Origin: Eledone cirrhosa | Taxonomy: Eukaryota | Reading direction: 5' to 3' | NCBI GenBank assembly: GCA_964016885.1 | Contig: OZ024743.1 | Span: 50,964,001-51,028,000 of the forward strand | Length of the DNA stretch: 64,000 nt | Shown here: piece by piece, positions 32,901 to 44,900 of the stretch | Layout: every line of letters begins with the position of its first letter | How positions within the stretch are numbered: the stretch's first letter is position 1 | Made by a program: the position numbers and the translations under genes | Notes under the pieces: model-generated | What the model was told of the DNA's origin: nothing | Database searches by the model: none | Seen by the model: only the letters and a program-made list of their open reading frames with translations

Positions 32901-35900
32901 GTTTGGGGTGGTTGTGGTAGTGTTTGGGGTGGTTGTGGTAGTGTTTGGGGTGGTTGTGGTAGTGTTTGGGGTGTCTGTGGTAGTGTTTGGGGTGGTTGTG
33001 GTAGTGTTTGGGGTGGTTGTGGTAGTGTTTGGGGTGGTTGTGGTAGTGTTTGGGGTGTCTGTGGTAGTGTTTGGGGTGGTTGTGGTAGTGTTAGGGGTAG
33101 TTGTGGTAGTGTTTGGGGTGGTTGTGGTAGTGTTTGGGGTGGTTGTGGTAGTGTTTGGGGTGTCTGTGGTAGTGTTAGGGGTGGTTGTGGTAGTGTTTGG
33201 GGTGTCTGTGGTAGAGTTTGGGGTGTCTGTGGTAGTGTTTGGGGTGGTTGTGGTAGTGTTTGGGGTGGTTGTGGTAGTGTTTGGGGTGTCTGTGGTAGTG
33301 TTTGGGGTGGTTGTGGTAGTGTTTGGGGTGTCTGTGGTAGTGTTTGGGGTGGTTGTGGTAGTGTTAGGGGTAGTTGTGGTAGTGTTTGGGGTGGTTGTGG
33401 TAGTGTTTGGGGTGGTTGTGGTAGTGCTTGGGGTGTCTGTGGTAGTGTTAGGGGTAGTTGTGGTAGTGTTAGGGGTGGTTGTGCTAGTGTTTGGGGTGGT
33501 TGTGCTAGTGTTAGGGGTGGTTGTGGTACTGTTTGGGGTGGTTGTGGTAGTGTTTGGGGTGTCTCTGGTAGCTTTGGGGTGGTTGTGGTTGTGTTTGGGG
33601 AGGTTGTGGTAGTGTTTGGGGTGTCTGTGGTAGTGTTTGGGGTGGTTGTGGTAGTATTTGGGGTGGTTGTGGTAGTGTTTGGGGTGTCTGTAGTAGTGTT
33701 TGGGGTGTCTGTAGTAGTGTTTGGGGTGTCTGTGGTAGTGTTTGGGGTGGTTGTGGTAGTGTTTGGGGTGTCTGTGGTAGTGTTTGCGGTGGTTGTGGTA
33801 GTGTTTGGGGTGGTTGTGGTAGTGTTTGGGGTGGTTGTGGTACTGTTTGGGGTGTCTGTGGTAGTGTTTGGGGTGGTTGTGGTAGTATTTGGGGTGGTTG
33901 TGGTAGTGTTTGGGGTGGTTGTGGTACTGTTTGGGGTGTCTGGTAGTGTTTGGGGAGGTTGTGGTAGTGTTTGGGGTGTCTGGTAGTGTTTGGGATGTCT
34001 GTGGTAGAGTTTCGGGTGTCTGTGGTAGTGTTTGGGGTGTCTGTGGTAGTGTTTGGGGTGGTTGTGGTAGTGTTTACGGTGGTTCTGGTAGTGTTTGGGG
34101 TGATTGTGGTAGTGTTTGGGGTGTCTGTGGTAGTGTTTGGGGTGTCTGTGGTGGTTGTGGTAGTGTTTATGGTGGTTGTGGTAGTGTTTGGGGTGGTTGT
34201 GGTAGTGTTTGGGGTGTCTGTGGTAGTGTTTGGGGTGTCTGTGGTGGTTGTGGTAGTGTTTATGGTGGTTGTGGTAGTGTTTGGGGTGGTTGTGGTAGTG
34301 TTTGGGGTGTCTGTGGTAGTGTTTGGGGAGGTTGTGGTAGTGTTTGGGGTGTCTGTAGTAGTGTTTGGGGTAGCTGAGGTAGTGTTTGGGGTGGTTGTGG
34401 TGGTATTTGGGGTGTCTGTGGTAGTGTTTGGGGTGTCTGTGGTAGTCTTTGGGGTGTCTGTGGTAGTGTTTGGGGTGTCTGTGGTCGTGTTTGGGGTGGT
34501 TGTGGTAGTGTTTGGTGTGGTAGTGGTAGTGTTTGGGGTGTCTGTGGTAGTGTTTGGGGTGTCTGTGGTAGTGTTTAGGTTGGTTGTGGTAGAGTTTGGG
34601 GTGGTTGTGGTAGTGTTTGGGGTGGTAGTGGTAGTGTTTGGGGTGTCTGTGGTAGTGTTTAGGTTGGTTGTGGTAGAGTTTGGGGTGGTTGTGGTAGTGT
34701 TTGGGGTGGTTGTGGTTGTTTACGGTGTTTGTGGTAGTGTTTAGGGTGTCTGTAGTAGTGTTTGGGGTGTCTGTATTAGTGTTTGGGGTGGTTGTGGTAG
34801 TGTTTGGGGTGTCTGTGGTAGTGTTTGGGGTGGTTGTGGTAGTATTTGGGGTGTCTGTGGTAGTGTTTGGGGTGTCTGTGGTAGTCTTTGGGGTGTCTGT
34901 GGTAGTGTTTGGGGTGTCTGTGGTCGTGTTTGGGGTGGTTGTGGTAGTGTTTGGTGTGGTAGTGGTAGTGTTTGGGGTGTCTGTAGTAGTGTTTGGGGTG
35001 TCTGTGGTAGTGTTTAGGTTGGTTGTGGTAGAGTTTGGGGTGGTTGTGGTAGTGTTTGGGGTGTCTGTGGTAGTGTTTAGGTTGGTTGTGGTAGAGTTTG
35101 GGGTGGTTGTGGTAGTGTTTGGGGTGGTTGTGGTTGTTTACGGTGGTTGTGGTAGTGTTTGGGGTGTCTGTAGTAGTGTTTGGGGTGTCTGTATTAGTGT
35201 TTGGGGTGGTTGTGGTAGTGTTTGGGGTGTCTGTGGTAGTGTTTGGGGTGGTTGTGGTAGTGTTTGGGGTGGTTGTGGTAGTGTTTGGGGTTGTTGTGGT
35301 ATTGTTTGGGGTGGTTGTGGTAGAGTTTGGGGTGTCTGTGGTAGTGTTTGGGGTGGTTGTGGTACTGTTTGGGGTGGTTGTGGTACTGTTTGGGGTGGTT
35401 GTGGTAGTGTTAGGGGTGGTTGTGCTAGTGTTTGGGGTGGTTGTGGTGTTTGTGATGGTTGTGGTTGTGGTAGTGTTTGGGGAGGTTGTGGTAGTGTTTG
35501 GGCTGTATGTGGTAGTGTTTGGGGTGTCTGGTGGTGTTTGGGGTGGTTGTGCTAGTGTTTGGGGTGGTTGTGGTAGTGTTTGAGGTGGTTGTGGTACTGT
35601 TTGGGGTGGTTGTGGTAGTGTTTGGGGTGGTTGTGGTAGTGTTTGGGGTTGTTGTGGTAGTGTTTGGGGTTGTTGTGGTAGTGTTTGGGGTGGTTGTGGT
35701 ACTGTTTGGGGTGGTTGTGGTAGTATTTGGGACGGTTGTGGTAGTGTTTGGGGTGTCAGGTGGTGTTTGGGGTGTCTGTGGTAGAGTTTCGGGTGGTTGT
35801 GGTAGTGTTTGGGATGTTAGGTAGTGTTTGGGGTGTCTGTGGTAGAGTTTCGGGTGGTTGTGGTAGTGTTTGGGGTGGTTGTGGTAGTGTTTACGGTGTC

Positions 35901-38900
35901 TGGGGTAGTGTTTGGTGTGGTTGTGGTAGTGTTTATGGTGGTTGTGGTAGTGTTTGAGGTGGTTGTGGTAGAGTTTGGGGTGTCTGTGGTAGTGTTTGGG
36001 GTGGTTGTTGTAGTGTTTGGGGTGGTTGTTGTAGTGTTTGGGGTGTCTGTGGTAGTGTTTGGGGGTGTCTGTGGTAGTGTTTGGGGTGTCTGTTGTGGTA
36101 GTGTTTGGGGTGTCTGTGGTAGTATTTGGGGTATATGTGGTAGTGTTTGGGGTGTCTGTGGTAGAGTTTGGGGTGTCTGTGTTAGTGTTTTGGGTGTCTG
36201 TGGTAGTGTTTGGGGTGTCTGTGGTAGTGTTTGGGGTGTCTGTGGTAGTGTTTGGGGTGGTTGTGGTAGTGTTTGGGGTGGTTGTGGTAGTGTTTGGGGT
36301 GGTTGTGGTAGTGTTTGGGGTGGTTGTGGTAGTGTTTGGGGTGTCTGTGGTAGTGTTTGGGGTGGTTGTGGTAGTGTTTGGGGTGGTTGTGGTAGTGTTT
36401 GGGGTGGTTGTGGTAGTGTTTGGGGTGTCTGTGGTAGTGTTTGGGGTGGTTGTGGTAGTGTTAGGGGTAGTTGTGGTAGTGTTTGGGGTGGTTGTGGTAG
36501 TGTTTGGGGTGGTTGTGGTAGTGTTTGGGGTGTCTGTGGTAGTGTTAGGGGTGGTTGTGGTAGTGTTTGGGGTGTCTGTGGTAGAGTTTGGGGTGTCTGT
36601 GGTAGTGTTTGGGGTGGTTGTGGTAGTGTTTGGGGTGGTTGTGGTAGTGTTTGGGGTGTCTGTGGTAGTGTTTGGGGTGGTTGTGGTAGTGTTTGGGGTG
36701 TCTGTGGTAGTGTTTGGGGTGGTTGTGGTAGTGTTAGGGGTAGTTGTGGTAGTGTTTGGGGTGGTTGTGGTAGTGTTTGGGGTGGTTGTGGTAGTGCTTG
36801 GGGTGTCTGTGGTAGTGTTAGGGGTAGTTGTGGTAGTGTTAGGGGTGGTTGTGCTAGTGTTTGGGGTGGTTGTGCTAGTGTTAGGGGTGGTTGTGGTACT
36901 GTTTGGGGTGGTTGTGGTAGTGTTTGGGGTGTCTCTGGTAGCTTTGGGGTGGTTGTGGTTGTGTTTGGGGAGGTTGTGGTAGTGTTTGGGGTGTCTGTGG
37001 TAGTGTTTGGGGTGGTTGTGGTAGTATTTGGGGTGGTTGTGGTAGTGTTTGGGGTGTCTGTAGTAGTGTTTGGGGTGTCTGTAGTAGTGTTTGGGGTGTC
37101 TGTGGTAGTGTTTGGGGTGGTTGTGGTAGTGTTTGGGGTGTCTGTGGTAGTGTTTGCGGTGGTTGTGGTAGTGTTTGGGGTGGTTGTGGTAGTGTTTGGG
37201 GTGGTTGTGGTACTGTTTGGGGTGTCTGTGGTAGTGTTTGGGGTGGTTGTGGTAGTATTTGGGGTGGTTGTGGTAGTGTTTGGGGTGGTTGTGGTACTGT
37301 TTGGGGTGTCTGGTAGTGTTTGGGGAGGTTGTGGTAGTGTTTGGGGTGTCTGGTAGTGTTTGGGATGTCTGTGGTAGAGTTTCGGGTGTCTGTGGTAGTG
37401 TTTGGGGTGTCTGTGGTAGTGTTTGGGGTGGTTGTGGTAGTGTTTACGGTGGTTCTGGTAGTGTTTGGGGTGATTGTGGTAGTGTTTGGGGTGTCTGTGG
37501 TAGTGTTTGGGGTGTCTGTGGTGGTTGTGGTAGTGTTTATGGTGGTTGTGGTAGTGTTTGGGGTGGTTGTGGTAGTGTTTGGGGTGTCTGTGGTAGTGTT
37601 TGGGGTGTCTGTGGTGGTTGTGGTAGTGTTTATGGTGGTTGTGGTAGTGTTTGGGGTGGTTGTGGTAGTGTTTGGGGTGTCTGTGGTAGTGTTTGGGGAG
37701 GTTGTGGTAGTGTTTGGGGTGTCTGTAGTAGTGTTTGGGGTAGCTGAGGTAGTGTTTGGGGTGGTTGTGGTGGTATTTGGGGTGTCTGTGGTAGTGTTTG
37801 GGGTGTCTGTGGTAGTCTTTGGGGTGTCTGTGGTAGTGTTTGGGGTGTCTGTGGTCGTGTTTGGGGTGGTTGTGGTAGTGTTTGGTGTGGTAGTGGTAGT
37901 GTTTGGGGTGTCTGTGGTAGTGTTTGGGGTGTCTGTGGTAGTGTTTAGGTTGGTTGTGGTAGAGTTTGGGGTGGTTGTGGTAGTGTTTGGGGTGGTAGTG
38001 GTAGTGTTTGGGGTGTCTGTGGTAGTGTTTAGGTTGGTTGTGGTAGAGTTTGGGGTGGTTGTGGTAGTGTTTGGGGTGGTTGTGGTTGTTTACGGTGTTT
38101 GTGGTAGTGTTTAGGGTGTCTGTAGTAGTGTTTGGGGTGTCTGTATTAGTGTTTGGGGTGGTTGTGGTAGTGTTTGGGGTGTCTGTGGTAGTGTTTGGGG
38201 TGGTTGTGGTAGTATTTGGGGTGTCTGTGGTAGTGTTTGGGGTGTCTGTGGTAGTCTTTGGGGTGTCTGTGGTAGTGTTTGGGGTGTCTGTGGTCGTGTT
38301 TGGGGTGGTTGTGGTAGTGTTTGGTGTGGTAGTGGTAGTGTTTGGGGTGTCTGTAGTAGTGTTTGGGGTGTCTGTGGTAGTGTTTAGGTTGGTTGTGGTA
38401 GAGTTTGGGGTGGTTGTGGTAGTGTTTGGGGTGGTAGTGGTAGTGTTTGGGGTGTCTGTGGTAGTGTTTAGGTTGGTTGTGGTAGAGTTTGGGGTGGTTG
38501 TGGTAGTGTTTGGGGTGGTTGTGGTTGTTTACGGTGGTTGTGGTAGTGTTTGGGGTGTCTGTAGTAGTGTTTGGGGTGTCTGTATTAGTGTTTGGGGTGG
38601 TTGTGGTAGTGTTTGGGGTGTCTGTGGTAGTGTTTGGGGTGGTTGTGGTAGTGTTTGGGGTGGTTGTGGTAGTGTTTGGGGTTGTTGTGGTATTGTTTGG
38701 GGTGGTTGTGGTAGAGTTTGGGGTGTCTGTGGTAGTGTTTGGGGTGGTTGTGGTACTGTTTGGGGTGGTTGTGGTACTGTTTGGGGTGGTTGTGGTAGTG
38801 TTAGGGGTGGTTGTGCTAGTGTTTGGGGTGGTTGTGGTGTTTGTGATGGTTGTGGTTGTGGTAGTGTTTGGGGAGGTTGTGGTAGTGTTTGGGCTGTATG

Positions 38901-41900
38901 TGGTAGTGTTTGGGGTGTCTGGTGGTGTTTGGGGTGGTTGTGCTAGTGTTTGGGGTGGTTGTGGTAGTGTTTGAGGTGGTTGTGGTACTGTTTGGGGTGG
39001 TTGTGGTAGTGTTTGGGGTGGTTGTGGTAGTGTTTGGGGTTGTTGTGGTAGTGTTTGGGGTTGTTGTGGTAGTGTTTGGGGTGGTTGTGGTACTGTTTGG
39101 GGTGGTTGTGGTAGTATTTGGGACGGTTGTGGTAGTGTTTGGGGTGTCAGGTGGTGTTTGGGGTGTCTGTGGTAGAGTTTCGGGTGGTTGTGGTAGTGTT
39201 TGGGATGTTAGGTAGTGTTTGGGGTGTCTGTGGTAGAGTTTCGGGTGGTTGTGGTAGTGTTTGGGGTGGTTGTGGTAGTGTTTACGGTGTCTGGGGTAGT
39301 GTTTGGTGTGGTTGTGGTAGTGTTTATGGTGGTTGTGGTAGTGTTTGAGGTGGTTGTGGTAGAGTTTGGGGTGTCTGTGGTAGTGTTTGGGGTGGTTGTT
39401 GTAGTGTTTGGGGTGGTTGTTGTAGTGTTTGGGGTGTCTGTGGTAGTGTTTGGGGGTGTCTGTGGTAGTGTTTGGGGTGTCTGTTGTGGTAGTGTTTGGG
39501 GTGTCTGTGGTAGTATTTGGGGTATATGTGGTAGTGTTTGGGGTGTCTGTGGTAGAGTTTGGGGTGTCTGTGTTAGTGTTTTGGGTGTCTGTGGTAGTGT
39601 TTGGGGTGTCTGTGGTAGTGTTTGGGGTGTCTGTGGTAGTGTTTGGGGTGGTTGTGGTAGAGTTTGGGGTGTCTGTGGTAGTGTTTGGGGTGGTTGTTGT
39701 AGTGTTTGGGGTGGTTGTTGTAGTGTTTGGGGTGGTTGTGGTAGTGTTTGGGGTGTCTGTGGTAGTGTTTGGGGTGGTTGTGGTAGAGTTTGGGGTGTCT
39801 GTGGTAGTGTTTGGGGTGGTTGTTGTAGTGTTTGGGGTGGTTGTGGTAGTGTTTGTGGTGGTTGTGGTAGTATTTGGGGTGTCTGTAGTAGTGTTTGGGG
39901 TGGTTGTGGTAGTGTTAGGGGTGGTTGTGCTAGTGTTTGGGGTGGTTGTGGTAGTGTTAGGGGTGGTTGTGGTACTGTTTGGGGTGGTTGTGGTAGTGTT
40001 TGGGGTGTCTCTGGTAGTGTTTGGGGTGTCTGTGGTAGTGTTTGGGGTGGTTGTGGTAGTATTTGGGGTGGTTGTGGTAGTGTTTGGGGTGTCTGTAGTA
40101 GTGTTTGGGGTGTCTGTGTTAGTGTTTGGGGTGGTTGTGGTAGTGTTTGGGGTGTCTGTGGTAGTGTTTGGGGTGGTTGTGGTAGTGTTTGGGGTGGTTG
40201 TGGTAGTGTTTGGGGTGGTTGTGGTACTGTTTGGGGTGTCTGTGGTAGTGTTTGGGGTGGTTGTGGTAGTATTTGGGGTGGTTGTGGTAGTGTTTGGGGT
40301 GGTTGTGGTAGTGTTTGGGGTGTCTGGTAGTGTTTGGGGTGGTTGTGGTAGTGTTTGGGGTGTCTGGTAGTGTTTGGGGTGTCTGGTAGTGTTTGGGATG
40401 TCTGTGGTAGAGTTTCGGGTGTCTGTGGTAGTGTTTGGGGTGTCTGTGGTAGTGTTTGGGGTGGTTGTGGTAGTGTTTACGGTGGTTCTGGTAGTGTTTG
40501 GGGTGGTTGTGGTAGTGTTTGGGGTGTCTGTGGTAGTGTTTGGGGTGTCTGTGGTGGTTGTGGTAGTGTTTGGGGTGGGTGTGGTAGTGTTTATGGTGGT
40601 TGTGGTAGTGTTTGGGGTGGTTGTGGTAGTGTTTGGGGTGTCTGTGGTAGTGTTTGGGGTGTCTGTGGTGGTGTTTGGGGTGGTTGTGGTAGTGTTTGGG
40701 GTGGGTGTGGTAGTGTTTATGGTGGTTGTGGTAGTGTTTGGGGTGTCTGTGGTAGTGTTTGGGGAGGTTGTGGTAGTGTTTGGGGTGTTTGGGGTAGCTG
40801 AGGTAGTGTTTGGGGTGGTTGTGGTAGTATTTGGGGTGTCTGTGGTAGTGTTTGGGGTGTCTGTGGTAGTCTTTGGGGTGTCTGTGGTAGTGTTTGGGGT
40901 GTCTGTGGTCGTGTTTGGGGTGGTTGTGGTAGTGTTTGGTGTGGTAGTGGTAGTGTTTGGGGTGTCTGTGGTAGTGTTTGGGGTGTCTGTGGTAGTGTTT
41001 AGGTTGGTTGTGGTAGAGTTTGGGGTGGTTGTGGTAGTGTTTGGGGTGGTAGTGGTAGTGTTTGGGGTGTCTGTGGTAGTGTTTAGGTTGGTTGTGGTAG
41101 AGTTTGGGGTGGTTGTGGTAGTGTTTGGGGTGGTTGTGGTTGTTTACGGTGGTTGTGGTAGTGTTTGGGGTGTCTGTAGTAGTGTTTGGGGTGGTTGTGG
41201 TAGTGTTTGGGGTGTCTGTGGTAGTGTTTGGGGTGGTTGTGGTAGTATTTGGGGTGTCTGTGGTAGTGTTTCGGGTGTCTGTGGTAGTGTTTGGGGTGGT
41301 TGTGGTAGTGTTTGGGGTTGTTGTGGTAGTGTTTGGGGTGGTTGTGGTAGTGTTTGGGGTGTCTGTGGTAGTGTTTGGGGTGGTTGTGGTAGTGTTAGGT
41401 GTGGTTGTGCTAGTGTTTGGGGTGGTTGTGGTACTGTTTGGGGTGGTTGTAGTGTTTTGGATGGTTGTGGTTGTGGTAGTGTTTGGGGAGGTTGTGGTAG
41501 TGTTTGGGCTGTATGTGGTAGTGTTTGGGGTGTCTGTGGTAGTGTTTGGGGTGGTTGTGGTAGTGTTTGGGGTGGTTGTGGTACTGTTTGGGGTGGTTGT
41601 GGTAGTGTTTGGGGTGGTTGTGGTAGTGTTTGGGGTTGTTGGGGTGGTTGTGGTAGTGTTTGTGGTGGTTGTGGTACTGTTTGGGGTGGTTGTGGTAGTA
41701 TTTGGGACGGTTGTGGTAGTGTTTGGGGTGTCAGGTGGTGTTTGGGGTGTCTGTGGTAGAATTTCGGGTGGTTGTGGTAGTGTTTGGGATGTTAGGTAGT
41801 GTTTGGGGTGTCTGTGGTAGAGTTTCGGGTGGTTGTGGTAGTGTTTACGGTGTCTGTGGTAGTGTTTGGGGTGGTTGTGGTAGTGTTTGGGGTGGTTGTG

Positions 41901-44900
41901 GTAGTGTTTATGGTGGTTGTGGTAGTGTTTATGGTGGTTGTGGTAGTGTTTGGGGTGGTTGTGGTAGTGTTTGGGGTGTCTGTGGTAGTGTTTGGGGTGT
42001 CTGGTGGTGTTTGGGGTGGTTGTGGTAGTGTTTGGGGTGGTTGTGGTAGTGTTTGAGGTGGTTGTGGTACTGTTTGGGGTGGTTGTGGTAGTGTTTGGGG
42101 TGGTTGTGGTAGTGTTTGGGGTTGTTGTGGTAGTGTTTGGGGTTGTTGTGGTAGTGTTTGGGGTGGTTGTGGTACTGTTTGGGGTGGTTGTGGTAGTATT
42201 TGGGACGGTTGTGGTAGTGTTTGGGGTGTCTGTGGTAGAGTTTCGGGTGGTTGTGGTAGTGTTTGGGATGTTAGGTAGTGTTTGGGGTGTCTGTGGTAGA
42301 GTTTTGGGTGGTTGTGGTAGTGTTTGGGGTGGTTGTGGTAGTGTTTACGGTGTCTGGGGTAGTGTTTGGGGTGGTTGTGGTAGTGTTTATGGTGGTTGTG
42401 GTAGTGTTTGAGGTGGTTGTGGTAGAGTTTGGGGTGTCTGTGGTAGTGTTTGGGGTGGTTGTTGTAGTGTTTGGGGTGGTTGTTGTAGTGTTTGGGGTGT
42501 CTGTGGTAGTGTTTGGGGGTGTCTGTGGTAGTGTTTGGGGTGTCTGTTGTGGTAGTGTTTGGGGTGTCTGTGGTAGTATTTGGGGTATATGTGGTAGTGT
42601 TTGGGGTGTCTGTGGTAGAGTTTGGGGTGTCTGTGTTAGTGTTTTGGGTGTCTGTGGTAGTGTTTGGGGTGTCTGTGGTAGTGTTTGGGGTGTCTGTGGT
42701 AGTGTTTGGGGTGGTTGTGGTAGAGTTTGGGGTGTCTGTGGTAGTGTTTGGGGTGGTTGTTGTAGTGTTTGGGGTGGTTGTTGTAGTGTTTGGGGTGGTT
42801 GTGGTAGTGTTTGGGGTGTCTGTGGTAGTGTTTGGGGTGGTTGTGGTAGAGTTTGGGGTGTCTGTGGTAGTGTTTGGGGTGGTTGTTGTAGTGTTTGGGG
42901 TGGTTGTGGTAGTGTTTGTGGTGGTTGTGGTAGTATTTGGGGTGTCTGTAGTAGTGTTTGGGGTGGTTGTGGTAGTGTTAGGGGTGGTTGTGCTAGTGTT
43001 TGGGGTGGTTGTGGTAGTGTTAGGGGTGGTTGTGGTACTGTTTGGGGTGGTTGTGGTAGTGTTTGGGGTGTCTCTGGTAGTGTTTGGGGTGTCTGTGGTA
43101 GTGTTTGGGGTGGTTGTGGTAGTATTTGGGGTGGTTGTGGTAGTGTTTGGGGTGTCTGTAGTAGTGTTTGGGGTGTCTGTGTTAGTGTTTGGGGTGGTTG
43201 TGGTAGTGTTTGGGGTGTCTGTGGTAGTGTTTGGGGTGGTTGTGGTAGTGTTTGGGGTGGTTGTGGTAGTGTTTGGGGTGGTTGTGGTACTGTTTGGGGT
43301 GTCTGTGGTAGTGTTTGGGGTGGTTGTGGTAGTGTTTGGGGTGGTTGTGCTAGTGTTTGGGGTGGTTGTGGTGTTTGGGATGGTTGTGGTTGTGGTAGTG
43401 TTTGGGGAGGTTGTGGTAGTGTTTGGGCTGTATGTGGTAGTGTTTGGGGTGGTTGTGGTAGTGTTTGAGGTGGTTGTGGTACTGTTTGGGGTGGTTGTGG
43501 TAGTGTTTGGGGTGGTTGTGGTAGTGTTTGGGGTTGTTGTGGTAGTGTTTGGGGTTGTTGTGGTAGTGTTTGGGGTGGTTGTGGTACTGTTTGGGGTGGT
43601 TGTGGTAGTATTTGGGACGGTTGTGGTAGTGTTTGGGGTGTCAGGTGGTGTTTGGGGTGTCTGTGGTAGAGTTTCGGGTGGTTGTGGTAGTGTTTGGGAT
43701 GTTAGGTAGTGTTTGGGGTGTCTGTGGTAGAGTTTCGGGTGGTTGTGGTAGTGTTTACGGTGTCTGGGGTAGTGTTTGGGGTGGTTGTGGTAGTGTTTGG
43801 GGTGTCTGTGGTAGTGTTTGGGGTGGTTGTGGTAGTGTTTGGGGTGGTTGTGGTAGTGTTTGGGGTGGTTGTGGTACTGTTTGGGGTGTCTGTGGTAGTG
43901 TTTGGGGTGGTTGTGGTAGTATTTGGGGTGGTTGTGGTAGTGTTTGGGGTGGTTGTGGTAGTGTTTGGGGTGTCTGGTAGTGTTTGGGGTGGTTGTGGTA
44001 GTGTTTGGGGTGTCTGGTAGTGTTTGGGGTGTCTGGTAGTGTTTGGGATGTCTGTGGTAGAGTTTCGGGTGTCTGTGGTAGTGTTTGGGGTGTCTGTGGT
44101 AGTGTTTGGGGTGGTTGTGGTAGTGTTTACGGTGGTTCTGGTAGTGTTTGGGGTGGTTGTGGTAGTGTTTGGGGTGTCTGTGGTAGTGTTTGGGGTGTCT
44201 GTGGTGGTTGTGGTAGTGTTTGGGGTGGGTGTGGTAGTGTTTATGGTGGTTGTGGTAGTGTTTGGGGTGGTTGTGGTAGTGTTTGGGGTGTCTGTGGTAG
44301 TGTTTGGGGTGTCTGTGGTGGTGTTTGGGGTGGTTGTGGTAGTGTTTGGGGTGGGTGTGGTAGTGTTTATGGTGGTTGTGGTAGTGTTTGGGGTGTCTGT
44401 GGTAGTGTTTGGGGAGGTTGTGGTAGTGTTTGGGGTGTTTGGGGTAGCTGAGGTAGTGTTTGGGGTGGTTGTGGTAGTATTTGGGGTGTCTGTGGTAGTG
44501 TTTGGGGTGTCTGTGGTAGTCTTTGGGGTGTCTGTGGTAGTGTTTGGGGTGTCTGTGGTCGTGTTTGGGGTGGTTGTGGTAGTGTTTGGTGTGGTAGTGG
44601 TAGTGTTTGGGGTGTCTGTGGTAGTGTTTGGGGTGTCTGTGGTAGTGTTTAGGTTGGTTGTGGTAGAGTTTGGGGTGGTTGTGGTAGTGTTTGGGGTGGT
44701 AGTGGTAGTGTTTGGGGTGTCTGTGGTAGTGTTTAGGTTGGTTGTGGTAGAGTTTGGGGTGGTTGTGGTAGTGTTTGGGGTGGTTGTGGTTGTTTACGGT
44801 GGTTGTGGTAGTGTTTGGGGTGTCTGTAGTAGTGTTTGGGGTGGTTGTGGTAGTGTTTGGGGTGTCTGTGGTAGTGTTTGGGGTGGTTGTGGTAGTATTT